A stretch of 64,000 bases of DNA from Malacoraja senta (lineage: Eukaryota), in the NCBI GenBank assembly GCA_038087875.1, contig CM075996.1, positions 7,318,001 through 7,382,000 on the forward strand, in the 5' to 3' direction. A program made the position numbers and the translations under genes. Shown here in pieces: positions 13,101 through 24,878 of the stretch. Numbering within the stretch: the stretch's first letter is position 1; each line of letters starts with the position of its first letter. Below the pieces are notes generated by a model that made no database searches, had not been told where the DNA came from, and worked only from the letters and a program-made list of their open reading frames with translations.

Positions 13101-13720
13101 TCAACTCATTTAACTGGGTTGTACGCAAAACAAAGCACTTCACTGTATCTAAGGTCGACATGAAATGCTGGAGTAACTCAGCGGGACAGGCAGCATCTCT
13201 GGAGAGAAGGAATGGGTGACGTTTTGGGTGGAGACCCTTCTTCAGACTGTACCTAGGTACATGTGACAACAAAATGTCATTGAATTCTCGCAGAGACTAT
13301 TGGACGTTTTTGTTAATTATGTGGCAGGGAAGTGAGAGTCGTTGTCATCTCAGATCTTGTAGTTTCATTGTGTAGAAAAGTACTGCAGGCGGAGGTTTGT
13401 ACCAAAGATAGACACAAAAAGCTGGAGTAACTCAGCGGGACAGGCAGCATCTCTGGAGAGAAGGAATGGGTGACGTTTTGGGTTGGAGCCCTTCTTCAGC
13501 CCTTTTTTTTTAACAATGTGGGTTCAGAGAGGGAGGGGGGGGGTGCGTAAGGAGTAGTGTAGGAATGTGTGAGATTGGGGATAGTAGGAGTAACATGGTT
13601 AAAAGAGGGGGAAGGGGAGTCTAGACTCCCTCTCCCCTGGCTCTCAGTCTGAAGAAGGGTCTCCACCCGAAACGTCACCCATTCCTTCTCTCCACAGATG
13701 CTGCCTGTCCCGCTGAGTTA

Positions 13721-13945
13721 AGGGCCTGTCCCACTTTCGACCTAATTCACGACCTCTTCCGAGTTTGCCCTTGACTCATACTCGCAGCATGGTCGTAGGA
13801 GGTCGTAGGTAGGTCGTAGCAGGCCGTGATGCTAGTCGTAGTTTCTCGTGGCATCAAGTGGGTCGGGGCGTTTTTTCTAGCCTGATGAAAAATGTCCACG
13901 AGTAAAAAAGGTTGTGAATTAGGTTGTGAAAGTGGGACAGGCCCT
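13721..13945. mobile_element. PIF/Harbinger-type MITE inserted in a PLE-derived repeat
   Basis: Host gagTTActccagc is split with TTA duplicated; TIR AGGGCCTGTCCCACTTTC. Confidence 0.9.
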
Positions 13946-13977
13946 TTACTCCAGCTTTTTGTGTCTGTCTATAGTAA

Positions 13978-14308
13978 TAGCCCTGTCCCACGGTACGAGT
14001 TCATTCCAAGAGCTCTCCCGAGTAAAAAAAAAAATCAAACTCGTGGTAAGCACGGAGAATGAACGTAGCGGGTACGTCGGAGCTCGGGGACGTCTCTTAG
14101 CGGCTCGTAACGCTAACGGCAGGTACTCGGGGAGATTCGCTATCGGCAGGTAAGCACGGGAAGACTCGTGAAGATTTTTCAACACGTTGAAAAATGTCCA
14201 CGAGAGCCCCGAGTACCGACGAGTGGCCATTACCGTAAATCTCCGAGTTTGAATCAGGGCAAACTCGGGAGAACTCTTGGAATGAACTCGTACCGTGGGA
14301 CAGGGCTT
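13978..14308. mobile_element. PIF/Harbinger-type MITE
   Basis: TIR AGCCCTGTCCCACGGTACGAGTTCATTCCAAGAG at both ends. Confidence 0.85.
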
Positions 14309-14510
14309 TTAGGTTCTTGATTAGTAACGGTGTCAAAGGTTACGGAGGGGGACAAGGCAGGAGAATGGGGTTGAGAAGGGAAAATGATCGGCCACAATTC
14401 AATGAAGGAGTAGACTCTGTGGGCTGAATGGCATAAAACTCTGCTCCTTTTCTGGTTCTGGCTCTGCTGCGAATTGCTTTAACTCTGAACACTGTTTCCC
14501 TGTGTTGCAG

Positions 14511-14632
14511 GCGCTGAGCATGTCCGCCGGATCCCACAGCCACTGGGCCAGAGCGCGCACTGTAATCGTCCTGAGCGCAACGCGTCCACTCAGGCTAACT
14601 GCAGCGATTCACCTTGCGGGCAGCAGGCTAAG
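14511..14632 (+). CDS. SCAF1: SCAF1 coding exon 2 (GAEHVRRIPQPLGQSAHCNRPERNASTQANCSDSPCGQQAK)
   Basis: tgtttccctgtgttgcag acceptor, AAG|gtagcg donor, open frame, phase 1 to 0, non-repetitive island between repeats. Confidence 0.55.
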
Positions 14633-17365
14633 GTAGCGCTTGCCTCCGTACTGTCACGCACCAAGTATAGCACCGATGTCTTGACCAGAGTCACCCAGCA
14701 CGGCACAACTCGTCCATGCCGACTAAGACCTAGTCCCATTTGCCTTTGCCACATGTCCCTTTCAACCTTTCCTAGTATCTGTACAGATGTCTTTTAAATG
14801 TTGCTGTAGTACTTATCAAATAAACACAGGTCCACCATGATTTTCCAGCACCCTTGGTTCCAGAGCCACTCTGGATTATCTGGTATCTGGCAAGCACAGG
14901 CCTCTTATATATCGGCGAGACCAAGCGCAGGCTTGGCCATTGTTTTGCTGAACACCTCCGCTCAGTCAGCCTAAACCCACCTGTTGCTAAGCACTGGGCG
15001 GTCACGGTGGCGCAGCGGTAGAGTTGCTGCCTTACGCCGAATGCCCGGGGTTCGATCCCGACTACGGGCGTTGTGTGTACGCAATTTGTACGTTCTCTCC
15101 GTGACCTGCGTGGGTTTTCTCTGAGAACTTTGGTTTCGTCCCACACTCCAAACGCGTACAGGTTTCTAGGTTAATTGGCTTGCTGTAAGTGTAAATTTTC
15201 CATAGGGTGTGTGTAGGATAGTGTTAATGTGCGGGGAACGCTGGTCGGTGCAGACTCGGTGGGCCGAAGAGCCTGTTTCTAAACTGAAATAAAAACTAAA
15301 CTTGCTAGAATTAGAGTGTGCCGGAGATCCGGATTCGATCCCGACTACTTGTGCTGTCTGTACGGAGTTTGTTCGTTCTCCCCGTGACCTGCGTGGGTTT
15401 TCTCCGAGATCTTCGGTTTCCTCCCACACTCCAAACACGGACAGATTTGTAGGTTAATTGGTTTGGTAAATGTAAAAATTGTCCCTAGTGGGTGTAGGAT
15501 AGTGTTAATGTGCGGGGATCGCTGGTCGGCGCAGACCTAGTGGGCCGAAGGGCTGTTTCCGCGATGTATCTCTAAAACTAAAGCTTTAACTCCCCTTCCC
15601 ATTCCCACACTGACCTCTTATTTTTCTTGGGCAGCTTACACCCCATCGGTATGAACATGGACTTATCTGACCAAGTAACCCTTGCTTTCCCTCTCTCTCC
15701 GTCTCTCCCCCTTCCCAGATCTCCGACCAGTCTCCGACTACATTATATCTCTGTTTGCTTTGTTACCTTCTCCCAGCTAATAATGATCCATTCTACATTG
15801 TCCTTGATCACCATTCCCTTTGTCCTGTTTTCACACCTTACACTTCCTTATCTGTGCACCTCCCTCGCCCCTGACATCAGTCCGAAGAAGGGTCTCAACC
15901 CGAAATATTACCTGTTCCTTCTCTCCAAAGATGCTGCCTGTCCCGCTGAGTTACTCCAGCATTTTGTGTCTATCCTTTCTGGATTATCTGTTTTGCCAGA
16001 CCAACAGAGGTCATGGTCTCCGAGAGGAATCCAACGGTACCAGAACAGTCTGCCTAGGCCTCCGCGATACCGGGCCGCAAAGTCGGCAGCGGAAGTCATC
16101 TATGGGGGGCGGATCTGCCGGCTCCATCCGGGCCGGAGTTCCAGAGCCCCGGCGGGCAAATTCGACCCGCCGATCGGTGCAGAAGTTTGAAATCGGCCGC
16201 CTCACCCAGCCAAGGCACCACATTTCACGGGGAACTTCCAGGGAGGATTTCAAGTGCGCTCTCGCAATTTGGTCCGGATTAAAGGAAGCACCAGGCCGTC
16301 AGTTGCCGTAAAATCGGCGGTGGACCTGGATCTGGCCATGCCTTTTCAGGAGCACCCAGTTTCCGCATTGGTTGCATTGTCAAGCTCAAGGAAACGATGC
16401 CCCATCTTAGCTTGTCCTATTTGGCCCATATCCGTGTAAACATTTCCTATCCATGTACCTATCCAAGTTCACGTTGTAGTAGAATTAGGACAATTTGGCC
16501 CATCAAGTATACTGCCATTCAATCATGGCTGATCTCTGCCTCCTAATCCCATTAAATGCCGTTATAGTGCTTTCCTCAACTATCTTTTCTGGCAGCTCAT
16601 TCCATATACCCACCACCCTCTGTATGATAAAGTTGTCCTTCGGGTTCCTGTCAAAGCTGTCCCCCCGCATCTTAAACCCATGTCTGCGTTCTTGATTCCC
16701 CTAATCTGGGTAAAAGACTATGTCTTTCCCTTTTTCTATTCCTCTCATGATTTTATACACCTCGAAAAGATCACCCCTCATGCTCCTGGGCTACAAGGAA
16801 TAAGGTCACAGCCTGTTGAACTACTCCCTATAGCTCAGGCCCTCGAGTCCAGGCAACATCCTTTAACTTTAGTTGGCAAATTTACAAAGAAGCAGTAAGC
16901 GTCTGAGAGGCATGGTGCAGCAGTAGAGTTGCTGGCTTACAGTACCAGAGACCCGGGTTTAGCCATGCCAGTATCACCGAGTCCGCGTCGACCAGCGATC
17001 CTCGCACACTAATGCTATCCCACACACACTGGGGACAATGTACAATTTTACCAAGCGAATTGGCCTAAAAAACCTGTACACCTTTATATGTGCGTGGAAA
17101 CCGGAGCACCGGGAGAAAACCCATGCAGGTCACGGGGAGAACGTACAAACTCCATACAGACAGCACCCGTAGTCAGGATCGAACCCGGGTCCCTGGCGCT
17201 GTGCGGCAGCAACTCTACCGTTGCGCCGCCGTGCCGTGCAGTGGTTAGAGTTAAGAATGGTTTCACACCCAATGTAGAATGTCATCTTTACGTTATGGGT
17301 GAATGCAAGTGAGCGGACGCCATCATTCCGTCCTATTGCTAACCGACGATTTTTTTACATTGTAG

Positions 17366-17441
17366 AACTCCCTGCAGCGCTTGAGAGGTATGAACGTGGC
17401 CGCACGTGAGCCGAATGACTGCGGGAAGATGTGCCAGCGAG
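17366..17441 (+). CDS. SCAF1: SCAF1 coding exon 3 (NSLQRLRGMNVAAREPNDCGKMCQR)
   Basis: ttttttacattgtag acceptor, GAG|gtatgt donor, phase 0 to 1. Confidence 0.6.
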
Positions 17442-17708
17442 GTATGTGTCCGTGTCACTGTAGGAATCGTGCAAACGTGTTCAAGTGTCGGCAAGTCCAG
17501 GTGATCCAGTCACAGCAGTGGATCTCCTGTCACCCAGCCTTCTGCAAATCCAGTTGAACTGGCTGGATGCAGAGGATTGGAAGTCGCCTGTACCTTCATG
17601 AGGGAGATAAGGGGTGGCACGGTGACGCAGCGGTAGAGTTGCCGAGTGATGCTCTACCGGGAGCTTTTCAGCGGACTAAATCCAGATCCAGATCCAGTTG
17701 CTGCCTTA

Positions 17709-18308
17709 AGGGCCTGTTCCACTTTCACAACCTAATTCACGACCTCTGCCGAGTTTGCCCTTGACTTATACTTGAAGCATGGTCGTCGCAAGATGGTCCA
17801 CTCGCCGCAAAAGACGTAGTACGGTCATGGGCAAATTCATGGGTAATTTAAGGCCCCATTTCCGTAACCGGCTTCCGTCTCCGCACCAAAGATCCCATAG
17901 GATACTAGTGCGGGGACGGAAGCCGTTTACGGAAACATCCTCGTAAAAATAAAAGTTATTTGGTAAAAATCTTCTTCTCATTTTCAGAATTATAATTTAT
18001 TAACACAAACTGTTCCCCCGCAACGTTGATTACACTGCGAGTCGGGTCGGGTCGGGTTACTGAAATGGATGAAAAAAAGGCCCACGTTCCGTTCCGTTGC
18101 TACTACACGTCAGCCCATTGCATTTAGCAGGAGTGGTCTATCTTGCTCCGCTATAGGATCTTTGGTCGTCACGAGGTCATAGGTAGGTCGTGATGCTAGT
18201 CGTAGGTACACGTGGCATCAAGTAGGTCGGGGCGGTTTTTCAACATGATGAAAAATGTCCACAAGTAAAAAAGGTCGTGAATTAGGTCGTGAAAGTGGGA
18301 CAGGCCCT
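17709..18308. mobile_element. PIF/Harbinger-type MITE in a V-SINE head, with a nested ~380-bp insert
   Basis: Host gctgccTTAca.. has TTA duplicated; TIRs present; extra sequence 17788-18165 is absent from the sibling copy at 13721. Confidence 0.8.
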
Positions 18309-19205
18309 TTACATTGCCAGATACCGGGTTCGATCTTGACTACGGCTGCTGTCTGTATGGAGTTTCTACGTTCTCCCCGTGACCGCGTGGGTTTCTCAGG
18401 GTGCTCCACGTTCCTCCCACACTCCAAGGACGTACGGGTTTGTAGGTTAATTGGCTGCGGTAAAAATTGCAAATTATCCTTGGTGTGCAGGCTAGTGTTA
18501 GTGTATGGGGATCCCTGGTTGGCGTGGACTTGGGGGGGCGGAAAGGCCTGTTTCCATGCTGTATTTCTAAACTAAACTAAACTAATGAGAGGTAGAGATT
18601 TGGTGGGTGGGAATGGAAAACGTAGGGTTAAAAAGTTCCCGGCCCATTCAATATCAAGGGGTCGTCTTTCAGACTGATTGTTCGCGGTTAGCGAAGTCAC
18701 ATTCTTCATGGAAGAGTGAGGCTGCGCGCAAATTGGAGGAACAGCACCTATTTCGCTTGGTTAGCCTAGAGCCCAATGGTACGAACGTTGAATTCTCCAA
18801 TTTTAGGTAACTTCTACCAACCAACAGCACCCGAGGTCAGGATCGAACGCGGGTTTTTGGCACTGAGGCAGCAGTACCACCAGCTGCGCCACTGTAGTGA
18901 CGAAAACTCACCTTCTGTTTTGTGGCAATGTTCTGGTTATCATCCAGTCTAACAGAACAAATTTATTCCCATCAAATTAATTTGTAATTTTGAACATCTA
19001 TTAGTTCTGCCCTGATCTTCACCTCTCCAGGGAACCCTGCTTCTCAAATCTCTTTCTAACATCATAAAAACAATATCAAATGAGAGTGTTTATTTAGCCA
19101 CCTTTTCAAATAGTCAACCCTTAATACCCCAGCCCTGAAGTAAGATTCAACAAGCCCTTCCCTTGCCCATCCCGTGTGAGTCTGGACCTAGGAGCCACAA
19201 GTATA

Positions 19206-19409
19206 CAGATGCTCCCCAATTTACGATGCTTCGACTTGCGATATTTTGACTTTACGATGGTGCAAACGCTGGACAACGGCAGCGAGCCGCACCTCACGTC
19301 CGGTCACGCGATCACATTGTATTAAATGCGTTTTCGACTTGCGATGTTTTCGATTTACGATGGGTCTATCAGAACGTAACCCAATCCATCGTGGGTCGGC
19401 GAGCAGCTG
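19206..19409 (-). mobile_element. pogo/Tigger-type MITE resembling MER47/Tigger5
   Basis: TA|CAGATGCTCCCC...GAGCAGCTG termini and repeated TTCGACTTGCGAT / TTTACGATGG subterminal motifs. Confidence 0.7.
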
Positions 19410-20367
19410 TGTGCAGTCATTAATAGGAGTGCATTACGAAGATGTTGCCAGAACACGAGGACCTGAGCTATAAGGAGAGGTTAAAGCGGGATAGGACTTT
19501 ATTCAACAGAGAATAGACAATAACAATAGGTGCAGGAGTAGGCCATTCGGCCCTTCGAGCCAGCACCGACCGCCATTCAATGTGATCTTGGCTGATCATC
19601 CCCAATCAGTACCCTGTTCCTGACTTCTCCCAATATCCCCTGACTCCGCTATCTTTAAGAGCCCTATCTAGCTCTCTCTTGAAAGTATCCAGAGAACCGG
19701 CCTCCACCGCCCTCTAAGGCAGAGAATTCCACAGACTCACAACTCTCTGTGTGAAAAAATGTTTCCTCATCTCCGTTCTAAATGGCTTACCCCTTATTCT
19801 TAAACTCTGGCCCCTGGTTCTGGACTCCCCCAACATCGGGAACATGTTTCCTGCCTCTAGCGTGTCCAAACCCTTAATAATCTTATAATGTTTCAATGTG
19901 ATACCCTCTCATCCTTCTAAACTCCAGAGTATACAAGCCCAGCCGCTCCATTTTCTCAGCATATGACAGTCCCGCCATCCCCGGAATTAACCTGGTAAAC
20001 CTACGCTGCACTCCCTCAATAGCAAGAATGTTCTTCCTCAAATTAGGGGGCTAAAACTGCACAGGAGTGCAGGAGGATGAGAGGTGACCTTATAGAGGTG
20101 TACACCATGGTGGGGGGGGGGGGGGGGGGATAAAGAGAAACTACAGCACTCTCATGGAGCTTAATTAGCATGGGTGTTGGATTATGGGGAGAAGGCAGAA
20201 GAATGGGGTTAAGAGCCATGATTGAATGGCGGAGTAGACTCGGTGCCGAATGGCCTAATTCTGCTCCTATCACTTATGAACACATGGAGCCGGACCAGGC
20301 CTAGCGTGTCATGTTGCGGTGTATATGCTTTGTAAAACTTTTTGTTGTTGCTTCTTCATTATTCCAG

Positions 20368-20495
20368 ATTCCAGGAAGAAGAAACAGCTCAGAAGACGGA
20401 AGGCGTGCATGCCAGTGGAATCCAACGTAGGTACCAGACATACACCAGAGGCTGCTGTACCCAGTCTCCATGGTAACCATGGAAACAACAACCCG
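20368..20495 (+). CDS. SCAF1: SCAF1 coding exon 4 (DSRKKKQLRRRKACMPVESNVGTRHTPEAAVPSLHGNHGNNNP)
   Basis: cttcttcattattccag acceptor, CCG|gtaaga donor, phase 1 to 0. Confidence 0.65.
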
Positions 20496-21394
20496 GTAAG
20501 ACTCCTGAGTGGACCCTCTGAAGATGAATCAAGTCTATTTCTCCACCATTATTGTACTGTCCAAACGATAGAATGTTAGTTGGAAAACCAGGTGGACAGT
20601 CCTTGTGTCTTTAGCTGTGTGGCGGGAACAGGATTCAGTCAACTCCAATCGAATCCAGTTCCGGTGGCGCAGCAGTAGAGTGGTACCGCTAACGGTGTAG
20701 TTGGGATTGAACCCGGGTCTCTGGTGCTGTACCGCTACCGCTGTACCGCTACCGCTGTACCGCCACCGCACCAGACACCCGGGTTCAATCCCGACTACGG
20801 GTGCTTGTCTGTACGGAGTTTTGTATTTTTCCACCCGTGACATGCGTGGGTTTACTCCGGGATCTCTGGGGAATCTCCGGGACCTCTCACACTCCAAGGA
20901 CGTGTAGGTTGATTGGCTCGGTGTAATTGTAAAAAATTGTCTCTTGTGTGTGCGGGGATCGCTGTTCGGTTTCCTCCCACACTCCAAGGATGTGCACGTT
21001 TGTAGGTTAATTGGCTTGGTACAAGCGGAAATTGTCCTTGGTGTGCGGGGATGGTTGGTTGGTCAGTGCGGACTCGGTGGGCCGAAGGGCCTGTTTCTGT
21101 ATTGTATCTCGAACAAAAAAAAACACTAGGACTGTCCGTCTCGTTTTCCAACTTTCATTGTCAGTTGAATACTACAATAATAGACGGGGAGAGCCAGGTG
21201 TTACTGGGAGGAGGCAGCTGGCACCAAGTCCGCAGCCGGAGTCAGTTCCTGAGACAGTTCTGTGGTTGTGAGACAGTCGACAGTCTGAAGAATGAATGAA
21301 TGAATGAAGAAGTTTATTGGCCAAGTATTCACATACAAGGAATTTGCCCTGGTGCTCCGCCCGCAAGTGACAACATGACACACAGTGACAGTTA

Positions 21395-22259
21395 TGGGCC
21401 TGTCCCACTTAGGCGACTGCAGGAGACTTTGCAGTCGCCGCATGTTCGCGGGTGGTTGCCGGGGAGTCGCCTTCATAGTCGTGAGGAGTTCCCACATTAT
21501 GGGAACTAGACGTGGCCTCATTATGGTCGCCGAGAATTTTTCAACATGTTGATAAATTAGCGGCAACTAAAACGAAGTTGCCATGGAGATTAGCGAGAAT
21601 TCTCGAACCTAGTGGGTTGCTAGGAGGTCAGAAGTTCTCGTAGGTTGGAGCTGGTGCTGACCAGTGAATTTCGTTGGCTCATTGGGGGGGAAAAAAAGGT
21701 AAGCAGTAGTTTTCAGAACCAAGGAACCGACCGGTAATGTTAAATGTCTGCCGAATTTCACAGCCGTGTATCTCTGGCTTCTTAAAAGTTGTCTCCACTC
21801 CTTCCCCCCCCCCCCCCCCCTCTTTTAAAGGACTTACCGTACACTGTGCTTTAGCCGTCTTAATTACAGCGCCAACCTTCCTGTTCATCTGAAGAGTCTG
21901 TTCATTCCTGTTGAGTCTGAAGAAGGGTTTTGACCCGAAACGTTGCCTATTTCCTTCGCTCCATAGATGCTGCCTCACCCGCTGAGTTTCTCCAGCATTT
22001 TTGTCTACCTTCAATTTTCCAGCATCTGCAGTTCCTTCTTAAACCTCCTGTTCATCGCGGTGTGTGTCTGTATCACCTTGGCTTTGCACCGTGGGAATTT
22101 TTTAGACTGCGCTTCCCCGCCTGCCCTGGCCCCCGCCTTTGCGATGTGTTTGTGTGTGTTTGACAGTCGCCGTTCCAGTTCCCGGTTTTTCAGGCAACTG
22201 CCGGCAACTTGACAGTCGCTGGCAGTCCACTGAAAAATCGCCTAAGTGGGACAGGCCCA
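21395..22259. mobile_element. PIF/Harbinger-type MITE (longer subfamily, contains a PLE-derived insert)
   Basis: TIR TGGGCCTGTCCCACTTAGGCGA; TTA duplicated in host cagTTAggaatgac. Confidence 0.88.
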
Positions 22260-22436
22260 TTAGGAATGACACATAAAACATTTGTGTCTATCTCCGGTGC
22301 TCCTTCGAGGAAGCCACTCCATGCTCGTGGTATATCCCAATTGTTAACATCCCCTTATTTTCTCTTTAAAAAAAAATGTATTTGAATGAATTATCTCTGA
22401 CTGGTTCCACTGATCATTGTATTCTCTCTTTTAAAG

Positions 22437-22573
22437 GAGAAAGAAGTGGTGTCGGTTTTGCTGTCCCATCTCACCAGTGCTCTACAACACATCGGATCCA
22501 CGTACGGAGCCACACTGCAGGCACGGCTGAATCCAGAACCAGAATCTGCTGCCGATCTGGGACCCTCTTATTT
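22437..22573 (+). CDS. SCAF1: SCAF1 coding exon 5 (EKEVVSVLLSHLTSALQHIGSTYGATLQARLNPEPESAADLGPSY)
   Basis: ttctctcttttaaag acceptor, TT|gtaaga donor (phase 0 to 2). An alternative in-phase donor lies at 22501/22502. Confidence 0.6.
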
Positions 22574-23164
22574 GTAAGAACCATTTATTTTTCTGAATCC
22601 TGTCGAGCAAGCTGCCTCTTTCGTGTCTTCTTACCGTCCTCTCCGTTCATTTTTAGTCTTGTTCAAGATAATGAAGTGAAAGCTTGCCATTTTGTCGCCC
22701 CTTTCACCTCGAGCTGTCCCAAGCTCTTTAGTTTAGTTCAGAGATACAGCACGGAAACAGGCCCTTCGTGCCGACCAGCACTATCCTACACACGCAAGGG
22801 ACATTTTATTTGACCAAGCCAATTAACCTACAAACCAGTACATCTTTGGAATGTGGGAGGAAACCGAAAATCTCTGAGAAAACCCACGCGGTCACGGGTA
22901 CAAACTCCATACAGACAGCACCCGTAGTCAGGATCAAACATGGGTCTCTGGTGCTGCCACTGGCAGGCTTGGGGGGGGGGGGGTGGAAGAAGACACAAAG
23001 TGCTGGAGTAACTCAGCAGGTCAGACAGCATCTCTAGAGAAAAGGAATAGGTGATGTTTCAGATCGGGACCCTTCTTCAGACTGTCCTATTAGACCTGAG
23101 TTCCTATCAAATGTATTTCCCACCGCACCTGTGACCTGTGGTTCTCAATTCTTCTACTCAGGGC

Positions 23165-23750
23165 AAAATTCTCTGTGCATTTACCTGATTTATTCCTCTC
23201 ATGATTTTGTACACCTCTATAAGATCACCCCTCATCCTCTTGCACGCCAAGGAATAAAATCCTAGCTCAACCTCTTCCCATAACTCAGGCGCTTGAGTCC
23301 TGGCAACATCCTCGTAAATCTTCTCTGCACCCTTTCCAACTTGACAACATCTTTCCTCTAACGGGGTGACAATGCTCTAAATGCGGCCTCACCGATGCAT
23401 TATACAACTGAAACATGACCTACCAACTTCTACACTCATTATTCTGACTGATGAAGGCCAAAGTGCCGACGGTCTTTTTGACCACCGTATCTACCTGTGA
23501 TGCCACTTCCAAGGAACACTGCACCTGCACTCGGAGATCCCTCTGCTCTGCAACACTTCCCATTCACTGTGTAGGTCCGGCCCATGTTAGAGTTCCCAAA
23601 ATGCAACACCTCACATTTTTCTGTAAGGGTCTTGCTGCAATTTATGACAGCCATCTTCACTATCTCTAACACCACCCACTTTAGTGTCTTCTGCAAAGTG
23701 GCTAATCATGCCTTGTACGTTCCCATCCAAATCATTGATATAGACGACAA
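23165..23750 (-). mobile_element. Older CR1 LINE RT fragment
   Basis: KCEVLHFGNSN motif and an FVIYINDLD-coding sequence at its 5'-truncated end. Confidence 0.75.
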
Positions 23751-24473
23751 ATCATTGATATAGATGACAAATCATTGATATAGATGACAAATCATTGATA
23801 TAGATGCCAAATCATTGATATAGATGCCAAATCATTGATATAGACGACAAATCATTGATATAGATGACAAATCATTGATATAGATGACAAATCATTGATA
23901 TAGATGCCATATCATTGATATAGATGACAAATCATTGATATAGATGACAAATCATTGATATAGATGACAAATCATTGATATAGATGCCAAATCATTGACA
24001 TAGATGCCAAATCATTGATATAGATGCCAAATCATTGATATAGATGCCAGATCATTGATATCGATGACAGATCATTGATATAGATGCCAAATCATTGATA
24101 TAGATGACAAATCATTGATATCGATGACAAATCATTGATATAGATGACAAATCATTGATATCAATGACAAATCATTGATGTAGATGACAAATTGATATTG
24201 ATGACAAATCATTGATATAGATGACAAATCATTGATATAGATTGATATAGATGACAAATCATTGATATAGATGACACATCATTGATATAGACGACACATC
24301 ATTGATGTAGACGACACATCATTGATGTAGACGCCAAATCATTGATGTAGACGCCAAATCATTTGTCATTGATATAGACGACAAATCATTGATATCGATG
24401 ACAAATCATTGATATAGACACCGAATCATTGATATAGACGCCGAATCATTGATATAGACGCCAAATCATTGAT
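23728..24473. repeat. 20-bp minisatellite (AAATCATTGATATAGATGAC)n, about 37 copies
   Basis: Directly visible tandem array with variant units (GAC/GCC, TAG/TCG, ATA/ATG). Confidence 0.97.
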
Positions 24474-24741
24474 ACAGTCAGGCTCTGTTTTTAAGATGGG
24501 CCCTAGATATTGGGGGACTTATCTCGAGGAGACTGTTTCTCCCTCTCTATTTAGTCAACGCTTTTTAGTCATGCTTATGCATATCTATTTAACTTGCTCC
24601 ACCACTTCCAGTTACATCTTCAGCTACCTAGAACCCAAGCCTGGAATTCCCTCCACAAACCTTCCCCCCCCCACCCACCTATTCCCTTCATAAAGGCCCT
24701 TCCTGCAACCACTTTGTTGTCTATGTTGGTATCTTTTCCAG

Positions 24742-24878
24742 TGGCAGGTTGGAGCCAGAAAGCACAGAAGACGCAACAGACTTGCACGAAGACGGCGTCT
24801 CCAGTCTCGGCATCCGCTTTGTCCGCCATTCCAGGTTTCCTGTAAAGAAAGATCAGACCTGGAGATACAATAAGTCAG
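24742..24878 (+). CDS. SCAF1: SCAF1 coding exon 6 (GRLEPESTEDATDLHEDGVSSLGIRFVRHSRFPVKKDQTWRYNKS)
   Basis: atcttttccag acceptor, CAG|gtgaga donor, phase 2 to 1, which joins the large exon in frame. Confidence 0.65.

Noticed and set aside
23728..24473. CRISPR-like appearance of the 20-bp array
   Set aside because: Units are head-to-tail with no unique spacers, there are no cas genes, and the context is eukaryotic.
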